From positions 660,001 to 692,000 of the forward strand of contig CAKUSQ010000001.1 of assembly GCA_934691225.1 (NCBI GenBank): 32,000 bases of DNA. The letters are read 5' to 3'. The stretch comes from an uncultured Opitutales bacterium. GTDB taxonomy: Bacteria; Verrucomicrobiota; Verrucomicrobiia; Opitutales; UBA9783. Below the pieces are notes generated by a model that was not told the origin of the DNA, ran no database searches, and worked only from the letters and a program-made list of their open reading frames with translations. Below, in pieces: positions 15,942 through 23,965 of the stretch. The position numbers were made by a program, and so were the translations under genes. Each line of letters opens with the position of its first letter. The stretch's first letter is position 1.

Positions 15942-17111
15942 ATGCATTTTAATTTAACTAAATCTTCTTTTGAAAAATGTTGTAAGTATTATGAAGAGAT
16001 AGCAGAGGTAGAAAAACGTTTTGATCGTATCCAAGCACAAAATTTGCATCCATTGGATAAAATTTATATCCTTTTGCAAACATGTAAATTAGGTACACTT
16101 AATTTTTCACATTTGGCACGTTGTGGTTTCATTGCTAGTTCGTTTTTAAAATCATTTGTAACAAAAGGTATTATTTCTGAGGAAGAAAAGACGGCACTTA
16201 TAAATAATATTCAAACGATTACAGGACAATTTTTTGAAAAAACGCAAGAAGCTATAATGGGTAATATTTCAAAAGAAGATTGCATTCAAACCTATGGCCA
16301 TTTGCGTCCTGGTACGTATGATATTACTTCCCCAACTTACCGTTCAGATCCAGATAAATATTTATTTGCTAATACTTCCGTAAAGGAAAAATCTAAAACA
16401 GCTAAAACGGTATTTGGTAGCACTAAATTGGAATCAAGTTTAAAAGAATTGTTTGATATTTCTTTGGATGATTTTAAGAAATTTTTATCACAAGCTATTG
16501 CAGGACGAGAGTATTCTAAGTTTGTTTTTACACGTTATGTTTCACTTGTGTTAGATCTTATTAAAGAGATGGGTCAGTCTTACGGTTTTAGTGCGGACGA
16601 CATGTCTCATTTGCCTGTCACTGTATTTGAAGATGTTAGAAATGGGTTATATTCTGTAAAAGATGTAAAAAATTTGTTTAAATCTATCATTGAACCAGGT
16701 AAAGAGTACGATCGAGTTATACAAAGTATAGAATTGCCACCATTGATAAAGCAAACAGAGGATTTTTATTCATTTTTTGTTCCAAAAACATTGCCTAATT
16801 TTATTGGGGATAAGTGTATAGAAACGGAATTGATTTATTTAAAAAATTCAATGCATACAGATGGAGTTTGCTTAAAAAATAAGATTGTTTTAATTGAAAA
16901 AGCAGATCCAGGTTTTGATTGGATTTTTAATTACGGAATTGCTGGACTTATTACAGCTTATGGGGGTCCTAATTCTCATATGGCGATTCGAGCAGCTGAA
17001 TTTCATTTGCCTGCTAGTATTGGTGTGGGGTCATCATTGTTCGATAAGTTAAAAACTGCACAATTTGTTCAATTAGACTGTTCAGCTCATAGGCTTAATG
17101 TTATTCGGTGA
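15942..17111 (+). CDS. PEP-utilising-enzyme family protein, central domain plus C-terminal phosphohistidine swivel domain. It resembles the C-terminal half of a Cj1418-type L-glutamine kinase and has no ATP-grasp domain.
   Basis: The C-terminal motif GLITAYGGPNSHMAIRAAEFHLPASIGVG is the PEP-utilising mobile-domain signature, with the His codon at 16977-16979. The track start at 15906 is a TTG inside mlaD. The first ATG is at 15942, 7 nt after the mlaD stop. No nucleotide-binding domain is encoded upstream. Confidence 0.65.
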   Translation: MHFNLTKSSFEKCCKYYEEIAEVEKRFDRIQAQNLHPLDKIYILLQTCKLGTLNFSHLARCGFIASSFLKSFVTKGIISEEEKTALINNIQTITGQFFEKTQEAIMGNISKEDCIQTYGHLRPGTYDITSPTYRSDPDKYLFANTSVKEKSKTAKTVFGSTKLESSLKELFDISLDDFKKFLSQAIAGREYSKFVFTRYVSLVLDLIKEMGQSYGFSADDMSHLPVTVFEDVRNGLYSVKDVKNLFKSIIEPGKEYDRVIQSIELPPLIKQTEDFYSFFVPKTLPNFIGDKCIETELIYLKNSMHTDGVCLKNKIVLIEKADPGFDWIFNYGIAGLITAYGGPNSHMAIRAAEFHLPASIGVGSSLFDKLKTAQFVQLDCSAHRLNVIR

Positions 17112-17115
17112 TATT

Positions 17116-17712
17116 ATGTTAAAAGTTGGTATTACTCAACGTGTTGATTACATTGAATCCATAGGAGAAACGCGTGATGTTTTAGACCAGCGTTGGGTAG
17201 AACTACTGAAAAATAATGGGATAATTTTGATCCCTATACCTAATAAGTGTTTTGTTCAAAGCTTTATTGATGTGGTTAAGTTGAATGGAATTATTGTAAG
17301 TGGTGGAAATGATCATGCATCTCGTTTAGCTTGTGAAACGGATTGCGTTGATTACTGTTTAAAACATCAACTGCCTTTATTAGGTGTGTGTCATGGGATG
17401 CAGTTTATAGGACAATTTTTTGGTTCCCATTTGGTACGTATTGAGGAGCATGTTGGAAATTGTCATGATGTAAATATAAGAGATAATCGTTATGGAATTC
17501 CAAGAGGTAATTTTAAAGTTAACTCTTTTCATAATTTTACATTGGATAAGGTACCGAGTGTGTTTTTTGTTTTGGCAACCGATAACGCAGGACATTGTGA
17601 AGCTATGTTTCACAAAAATTTACCAGTAGTAACCTTTATGTGGCATCCTGAGCGTCCACCATTTTTGAATTGGTTTAATCATTTTATAAAGAATTTTTAT
17701 GAAGAATACTAA
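17116..17712 (+). CDS. Class I glutamine amidotransferase-like hydrolase, peptidase C26 family (gamma-glutamyl hydrolase type, Cj1417-like)
   Basis: The nucleophile elbow is LLGVCHGMQFIG, with the Cys codon at 17389-17391. The His/Glu pair is in MWHPER. Length of about 198-204 aa is typical. An alternative ATG at 17098 overlaps the upstream gene. Confidence 0.8.
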   Translation: MLKVGITQRVDYIESIGETRDVLDQRWVELLKNNGIILIPIPNKCFVQSFIDVVKLNGIIVSGGNDHASRLACETDCVDYCLKHQLPLLGVCHGMQFIGQFFGSHLVRIEEHVGNCHDVNIRDNRYGIPRGNFKVNSFHNFTLDKVPSVFFVLATDNAGHCEAMFHKNLPVVTFMWHPERPPFLNWFNHFIKNFYEEY

Positions 17713-18439
17713 GATTTTTGTTCTTTGTGCCGGTGAAGGGAAACGTTTGCGTCCGTATACAGAAGATAAACCTAAGTGTATGGTACCTTATAAAAACAAA
17801 CCATTATTGCAGTATCAGTTAGAGGTTTTTGAAAAATTTCATTTAAATGATATCACGCTTATCGGCGGGTACCACTATGAAGCTTTACCGAAAGACTTGT
17901 ACCCTGTGGTTGTTAATCATGATTTTTCAACTACCAACATGCTTTTTAGCTTGTTTTGTGCCGAAAATGATATGCCAGAAGACCACGATATAATTATAAG
18001 CTATGGAGATATTATTTACAATGCTTCTGTTTTAGAATCTTTATTAAAAGCTAACGATGCTTGCAGTATAATTACGGATATTGATTGGCGAACTTATTGG
18101 AATAATCGTATGGAAGATCCACTGAAAGATGCTGAAACATTTCGTTGGAATGTAGAAACGCGTCGTATTTTCGAGTTAGGTAAGAAGCCAAAAACACTAG
18201 ATGATATTCAAGGGCAGTATATCGGTTTATTTAAAATTGCAGCTCCATTTGTTAAAAAATTCAAGCAAATGTACGAAACATTTAAACGCACCTATCCGAA
18301 CTATAAAGATGCGTACATGACAGATTTTTTACAGTTTCTCATTAATAAAGATTTCCCAACGTTTGGTGTTCCTATACATAATAAATGGGCAGAATTTGAT
18401 ACCGTTAATGATTTAAATCTAGATATTCATTGGTTATGA
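17699..18439 (+). CDS. Nucleotidyltransferase, LicC/Cj1416-like cytidylyltransferase fold
   Basis: 246 aa. The N-terminal signature is IFVLCAGEGKRLRPYTEDKPKCMV (G-x-G-x-R-L...K-P-K), followed by YGDIIY. It overlaps the upstream gene by 14 nt and the downstream gene by ATGA. Confidence 0.8.
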   Translation: MKNTKIFVLCAGEGKRLRPYTEDKPKCMVPYKNKPLLQYQLEVFEKFHLNDITLIGGYHYEALPKDLYPVVVNHDFSTTNMLFSLFCAENDMPEDHDIIISYGDIIYNASVLESLLKANDACSIITDIDWRTYWNNRMEDPLKDAETFRWNVETRRIFELGKKPKTLDDIQGQYIGLFKIAAPFVKKFKQMYETFKRTYPNYKDAYMTDFLQFLINKDFPTFGVPIHNKWAEFDTVNDLNLDIHWL

Positions 18440-19749
18440 AAGATTTTTTAAAAAATTCGTTGTTTAACTGTTTATTACCTTGGGCATTTATTTGTTTTCG
18501 GTATAATCAATGTCATGGATATTTTGCTGAAAGCTACGAAGTTTTATTCGCTTTTTTAGGACTTATATGGCTTGTTAACATTTTTTTGTCATTTATAAAG
18601 TTACCGATTAACTTTATTGTATCTTTGTGGGTTGTCCTTATTTTACCTAATTTGTCTGGTAGCTTAATAAAGGATATTATTTATAAGATTTTTTTCGTTT
18701 TAGGGTGTACTTCTGTTATAAAGAAATCATCTACAAATCCGATTAAAATTTTACTTTCAATTATTATTGGATTTAACCTTTTTCAAATTGTTCAAAGAGA
18801 TTATTGTGCAAGAAAAACAGCTAATAAATTGATAAAAAATGTTTCTATAAATAAAAATTTTTCATGCAATGAAAACATTTATTGGATTGTCTGCGATGCT
18901 TACACAAGTTTGGATGGTTTGAAGGATTATTACCACTTTGATAATACAAAATTTTATCAAGATTTAAACGATTTAGGATTCTTAACACCTGATGGACAAG
19001 TGCCATATAAGAAAGTAAATCAATTTCCAACGTTAAAAGCACTAAATTTTTATACCAATTTTAATCATTTTGATGTTACAAAAGAAAATTCTTTGACATT
19101 ACATTATGGGTTAAAATATAACATTTTTTTTAATACTTTAGTTGCAAAAGGTTATTCATTGTGGGCAACTTATTCTAGAGCCCCGTTTTTATACAAATTA
19201 CAAAATGTGAGTTCGTTAGGGAACAAAGGTGTTTCAGTAGCTTTGCAATTTTTTTATCATTGTTTTAACCATAATAAGTTTTTAGCAAAAATAGTTTCGA
19301 AAAAACTTAATGAGCAACTGTATATTCACCAAAAGGATGTTTTTAAGTTTTTACGTTATAATTTTAAAACAACTAATAAATGTTTTTATTATATTCATAT
19401 AGATTCTCCACATGCTCCTTTTGTTAGAGGTCAAAACAATGAATTTGTAAATGATCAAAAAAGTGTCGTTTGGGGAGAAAATGAGGTTGGAACAAATGCA
19501 TATAAATTTAAAGATTACCGAAAAGGATATATAAAACAATTACAGGGATTAAATAAGAAAGTTTTGGAATTGATTAAGTTGATTTGCCAAAAGGATCCTC
19601 ATGGAGTTATCATTTTGCAAGGTGATCATGGAACATTTACAACCGATGATTTACGAGAACATCAGTCATTTTTGTTTGCTATAAAAACAAATATTGCGTA
19701 CAAATATCTTCAAACAGAACAATTTTTCAAACAGTTTATTTATGAATAG
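18436..19749 (+). CDS. Membrane-anchored alkaline-phosphatase-superfamily enzyme with the architecture of a phospho-group transferase or phosphodiesterase (EptA/LtaS/NPP-like)
   Basis: About 5 N-terminal TM segments precede a soluble domain. That domain carries the motif set IYWIVCDAY (metal Asp), NQFPTLKAL (candidate Thr nucleophile, compare the fPT.T motif of NPPs), YYIHIDSPHAPF (D-x-x-H) and ILQGDHGT (DHG). The ATG at 18436 overlaps the upstream stop. The track start at 18430 is a TTG. Confidence 0.6.
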   Translation: MKDFLKNSLFNCLLPWAFICFRYNQCHGYFAESYEVLFAFLGLIWLVNIFLSFIKLPINFIVSLWVVLILPNLSGSLIKDIIYKIFFVLGCTSVIKKSSTNPIKILLSIIIGFNLFQIVQRDYCARKTANKLIKNVSINKNFSCNENIYWIVCDAYTSLDGLKDYYHFDNTKFYQDLNDLGFLTPDGQVPYKKVNQFPTLKALNFYTNFNHFDVTKENSLTLHYGLKYNIFFNTLVAKGYSLWATYSRAPFLYKLQNVSSLGNKGVSVALQFFYHCFNHNKFLAKIVSKKLNEQLYIHQKDVFKFLRYNFKTTNKCFYYIHIDSPHAPFVRGQNNEFVNDQKSVVWGENEVGTNAYKFKDYRKGYIKQLQGLNKKVLELIKLICQKDPHGVIILQGDHGTFTTDDLREHQSFLFAIKTNIAYKYLQTEQFFKQFIYE

Positions 19750-20962
19750 TATGAGAATTATGATTTTTATATTTATTTTGTTTCTTGTAATAGAACATTT
19801 TTTAAAAAAATATTTAATTAAAACAGGGTTGTTCCTTAAAGAATTTCCTAACATTGATAAGAGGATAATAAATCGTTATAAGACATTTGATAAAGTATTG
19901 GGTTGGAAACCTATACCTACTCTAAATCATCCGGACAATACAGGATCGTACATAGGTATAAATTCAGGAAGTTTTTTTTCTATAAATGAATTCGGTAGTA
20001 GATTTTTTAAAAATTCTTTTTCTTCAAAATACATAGCGACATTTGGAGATTCTTTTTGTATGTGTAGGGAAGTAAACGATGATTGTACATTTCAATATTT
20101 TTTATCACAACAAACTAATTCTTTCGTTTTTAATTATGGAGTTGGTAATTATGGATTAGATCAAGCACTTTTAAGATTCGAAACAACTAAATTGCCTCCT
20201 TCGGTAAAACATGTGATAATGGTAATAACCCCTTGGACAATAGAGAGAATTATCAGTATTTGGAAACACTACTGCGAACCAGGTAATTTGTTAGCTGCAA
20301 AACCAAGATTTGTATTGGAAAATAAAAAATTAAAGTTAATCGATAATTTTATTAAGAATACTAGTGATTTTTTAAATTTAAAAAAATATAAGGATTTTTT
20401 ACATAACTATGACGGTAATTATTGTTTTTTTTATCAACAATTAAAAACATTTCCAAAAACAGCATTAGGATATTTATTTTCCAATCCAGATGCTATAAAA
20501 TATATTTTAGCTGTAAGTAAAATAAAAAGCATAAAACTTGAAGAAAAAAATAGAAAGGAAGCTATAGGAAGCTTTTTAAAGCAATCAGAACCATTTTTAT
20601 TAAAAAAGTTTTATCAAGAAAATCAATATTTACAATCCTTATATGATAAACAAAAGGAGTTATTAAAAAATATATTGAAAAGGTTTGTAGAGTCTTGTGT
20701 TAACGATGATAAGGTACCGTATTTAGTATTTTTACCATCATATTCGCATGTAAAATTTATAAAACAAGGAAATCCTTTGTATAGAAATATAGTAAATCCC
20801 ATATGTGAAGGGATTGGATTGAATTTTATAGATGGATTTAATTTTTGGAAAACGTTTGATGAAGACGAATTAAAAAATTGTTACATAGATACTTATGGCC
20901 ATCATTCAAAAATTGGGAATAAGTATATAGCTGATTTGATTTATAAAACGTGGTTTATTTAA
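19742..20962 (+). CDS. Signal-anchored SGNH/GDSL-like hydrolase or acyltransferase, family assignment tentative
   Basis: N-terminal anchor is MNSMRIMIFIFILFLVIEHF. Block I is IATFGDSFCMC, a Gly/Asn block is NYGVGNYGLDQ, and the C-terminal D..H block is YIDTYGHHS. The track start at 19694 is a TTG. The ATG at 19742 overlaps the upstream stop by 8 nt. Confidence 0.55.
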   Translation: MNSMRIMIFIFILFLVIEHFLKKYLIKTGLFLKEFPNIDKRIINRYKTFDKVLGWKPIPTLNHPDNTGSYIGINSGSFFSINEFGSRFFKNSFSSKYIATFGDSFCMCREVNDDCTFQYFLSQQTNSFVFNYGVGNYGLDQALLRFETTKLPPSVKHVIMVITPWTIERIISIWKHYCEPGNLLAAKPRFVLENKKLKLIDNFIKNTSDFLNLKKYKDFLHNYDGNYCFFYQQLKTFPKTALGYLFSNPDAIKYILAVSKIKSIKLEEKNRKEAIGSFLKQSEPFLLKKFYQENQYLQSLYDKQKELLKNILKRFVESCVNDDKVPYLVFLPSYSHVKFIKQGNPLYRNIVNPICEGIGLNFIDGFNFWKTFDEDELKNCYIDTYGHHSKIGNKYIADLIYKTWFI

Positions 20963-20972
20963 AACTTTTATA

Positions 20973-21998
20973 TCAATAAAGTAACCAGAATTTTCTTTGA
21001 TTAAAGAAATTGTAATTAACTTGTGTCTATCTTGCATTTATACGAGCGATAGAATCATCAGTTAAAAGACCGGAAGCCAAAAGTTGAGCAATTTTCATCT
21101 CCAATAATGGTTCTAGCGACGGATAAATACTCAGATAATCTTTGATTATCGTTTTGTGCATATGGATATGAAATTGCCATGCAGAAAAAAAGCTATTGTA
21201 CAACTATACCCAAATACACTTTCAAAGCAAGGAATGTTGAGTGAAGGGGGCATGCCGCGTGAAACCTGGCTGTTTTTCTTGCTAACTCCATAACTTATCT
21301 GGTTTGTAATTCTCCATTTTTATAATTTGTAAGGGACATTTAGACGTGCCTAAATTCTTGACTATTGAACCTGGAATGTTTAAAACAGAAAAGTTAACGT
21401 GTGGTTGGTAGTTTTTTATTAACATTGTAGCTAAGTTATCCATGTAAAAATTGAATAATAAAGCCACCTGTATAGCTTTGTAGTTGAGGTTCCAGTAAAG
21501 CTCCAGATAGAGGATTAGGACGCTTTAAAATGAAAACCTTTTTTTTAAATGTAAGCAGGTTTCTAAAGTATAACGCATACAAGTTATGTATGTGTAACAT
21601 CAAACACTTACATCCACTAGATCTATTACTAAAGTATCAATGTTGTCAAATATAGCAGATTCTATTTTTTTTGTATTATTTTTATATAAAGAATTTTTAT
21701 AAGTGTCATCTTTTACAGCTTCTCCAGCTTTTGCACAGCCCGTAAGTCTATGTTCTGGAGAAAAAAAGCAGCTTACGCGACTGAATAGATTTCCTTGTTA
21801 ATCTTGATTGGCATCTGCAAAAATATCACTTGTAGGAATATTTTTGGAACTTGTAGCGGACACATGTGTTAAAACACCTATTTTTCTCCCACAGTTTTTT
21901 AAGTCATTAAAATTACGCTCTATGAGGCAATTTACCTCCAATTTCAGTGGCTCTGCATATAAAACTGATGTGAGCGTAAAACAGAAAATTATTACCAT
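20973..21998 (-). pseudogene. Degraded DUF1343 / NamZ-like (exo-beta-N-acetylmuramidase family) gene
   Basis: Hand translation across frames recovers the family blocks in order. These are signal peptide plus LKNCGRKIGVLTHVS, FFSPEHRLTG, IDTLVIDLVDVSV*CYTYI, VFILKRPNPLSG, SYTGGF..LHG and a C-terminal QRKFWLLY*. Disruptions are a stop at 21798-21800, an in-frame TGA at 21600-21602 where the family has Arg, and at least two frameshifts. Confidence 0.75.
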
Positions 21999-22285
21999 GA
22001 CTGATTTTGCTTGTAATTTATGCGATGTTATTTTGCAAAAATGGTAACTGCCGAAAATATCGATGAATATGAACAGCGGATGTTGGAAAATTTAAAAACA
22101 TTTGAAATAAAAGAACATTACCCTCATATAGATTCTTTAGAGGATTTAATTCAGCAAAATGCCAAAATAAGTAAGTACTAGATCAAGTAAGAAGTTAGAT
22201 CAAACTGCTTATTACACCCTTACAATTCTCGAGAACAAATTTTCACTGATTGGAATGAACATATAAGTTCATTCTGCAATAAAAG

Positions 22286-22804
22286 CTACTTACGATTGTT
22301 CAACGCTCTCAATGCTTTATCCATTTTACTTACATGTTCTTCTGAAGTTTCAAAATCATCTGAATCTGGATTACTCCAGGGAAAAAACCTATACAACTTA
22401 ATATCATTTAAATCTGGGTCTAAAATTGTATGCAATTTATCATCTGAGAGATTATAGTGGTCTTTCAATTTTTCCCAGATCATGTTATTTATGACATCCC
22501 ATTGCTTTGAATATTTACTACAATCTTTTCTTAGCGCTATGATTGAATAAAATTTATCCAACAAAGAACGATTAGGTTCAGTTTTCAATAGGAAATACGA
22601 ATATAAGAGTCTTGCTTTTTCATACGCTATACAACTAAACAAGAACTGTTCTAAAATCTCAACATTTGCCTCAGAAGCCTCAATTTTAATAGAGCTTAAT
22701 TCTTCTCCATTATAATTTTTCATAAGGATTTCAACATCGTTTGTATTTCCAAAACACATTTGCATTTCCAACAACCCTAATATCAATAAGCACATTTTTT
22801 TCAT
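22286..22804 (-). CDS. Hypothetical secreted protein (orphan)
   Basis: The ATG at 22802-22804 gives the signal peptide MKKMCLLILGLLEMQMCFG. The track start at 22840 is a TTG. No family motif was recognised. It is divergently paired with the 347-aa secreted protein. Confidence 0.5.
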   Translation of the reverse strand: MKKMCLLILGLLEMQMCFGNTNDVEILMKNYNGEELSSIKIEASEANVEILEQFLFSCIAYEKARLLYSYFLLKTEPNRSLLDKFYSIIALRKDCSKYSKQWDVINNMIWEKLKDHYNLSDDKLHTILDPDLNDIKLYRFFPWSNPDSDDFETSEEHVSKMDKALRALNNRK

Positions 22805-22888
22805 AGAAAAAATGCTAAATAATAAAGACGTAGAGATCAAGGCTATTTTTATAAAATTGGTGTATTTATTGCTTTAAAACAAAAATGT

Positions 22889-23932
22889 ATGTATCAAAAA
22901 TTAATACGTAAAATTATTATTGGTTTATTTTTAACCATATCTTCGCATGTTTTTGGCATAAAATTTGAAGATTTATCTTCTTTGCAGAAGCAAATACATG
23001 CGCTTTTATTCCAAATTGCTCGACAGGAAACACAAGATAAGGAAAATCATTTTGCGGTTGCTCTAGAAATCGTTACGAACACACCAGAAAAAACATACGT
23101 ATTTTTATTGAAAAATATAAGACACAGGATTTCGTTTATTTCAGAAGGTACAAGTGAGATAGGAAAAGATAGGAAAAGGGTACACAATAACCTTTATGGA
23201 AAAGAACGTGATGATTTTGATAAAAAAGATTGTAAAGTTCCTAATGGAAGACGTTGCAAATACGTTAATGCAATAACTAAAGAATGTGGTTGTTGGGGAT
23301 ATGAAAGACAAGAATCATGTTATTGTTATAGAAAAGGATTTTTTGATAGTGAATTTGCATGTATTGCTTTTTTAGAAAATAATAAAGAATGCATCGCTGA
23401 TTTTATTAATAAGCAAATAAAGGGTAAAGTCACAAAAATTTCCTTGCATGGATTTACGACGCGAGATACATGCAGTGCATGTTTTCAACATTTAAAGTCT
23501 TATTGCAGAAATGCTAATCGTGAGTTTCATGACAGAAAGGATTTTAAAATTAAGTGTACAGAAAACATTCCGGAGAATAAAGAAACTTTCTGGAAAAAAC
23601 TAAAAAGTACATTGGGGGAAAAAGTAAAAAATTTGTCAGTTCCTGTCGATTTTTATATTTCTTCAAGGATTTATTTTAGTGGAAGCAGACGGTTAGTAAG
23701 ACCTATGGTGGATGACAAAAATATAGACAATCCTATGAAAATGCTTGTTTTGAGGAAGGAATTTGTCAAAGGACAAGAAGAAATAACAGACGCATTCACA
23801 TGTAATTTAGATGGAGATTTTTGTAGTTATTTGAATGAACAAGAACAGCATTTAAAAGCTATAAATGACCAAATAAATAAGGACCGCACAGACGTAGGCG
23901 TAATAGACATAAGCGATCAGATAAATAAGTAA
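22889..23932 (+). CDS. Hypothetical secreted Cys-rich protein with a weak deaminase-fold-like motif pair
   Basis: 347 aa with signal peptide MYQKLIRKIIIGLFLTISSHVFG. The Cys-rich core is CKVPNGRRCKYVNAITKECGCWGYERQESCYCY. It is followed by FDSEFACIAFLE, 39 aa of spacer, then TRDTCSACFQHL. A strong terminator follows the gene. Confidence 0.6.
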   Translation: MYQKLIRKIIIGLFLTISSHVFGIKFEDLSSLQKQIHALLFQIARQETQDKENHFAVALEIVTNTPEKTYVFLLKNIRHRISFISEGTSEIGKDRKRVHNNLYGKERDDFDKKDCKVPNGRRCKYVNAITKECGCWGYERQESCYCYRKGFFDSEFACIAFLENNKECIADFINKQIKGKVTKISLHGFTTRDTCSACFQHLKSYCRNANREFHDRKDFKIKCTENIPENKETFWKKLKSTLGEKVKNLSVPVDFYISSRIYFSGSRRLVRPMVDDKNIDNPMKMLVLRKEFVKGQEEITDAFTCNLDGDFCSYLNEQEQHLKAINDQINKDRTDVGVIDISDQINK

Positions 23933-23965
23933 ACAATTCCATTGAAGCAAAATCAAAATGAACTA

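Noticed and set aside
21282-22047. Track ORFs 21282-21467 (-), 21798-21998 (-) and 21808-22047 (+) taken as separate genes
   Set aside because: The two - strand ORFs are consecutive fragments of the DUF1343/NamZ-like pseudogene. The + strand ORF is antisense to its N-terminus.
22041-22181. A 46-codon + strand ORF (MVTAENIDEYEQRMLENLKTFEIKEHYPHIDSLEDLIQQNAKISKY)
   Set aside because: It looks protein-like, but it is short, has no visible RBS or motif, and lies in a decaying region. I cannot tell a gene from a remnant.
22253-22274. Hairpin GAATGAAC-ATATAA-GTTCATTC just downstream of the - strand gene ending at 22286
   Set aside because: It is a perfect 8-bp stem, but no U-run follows on the - strand, so I do not call it a terminator.
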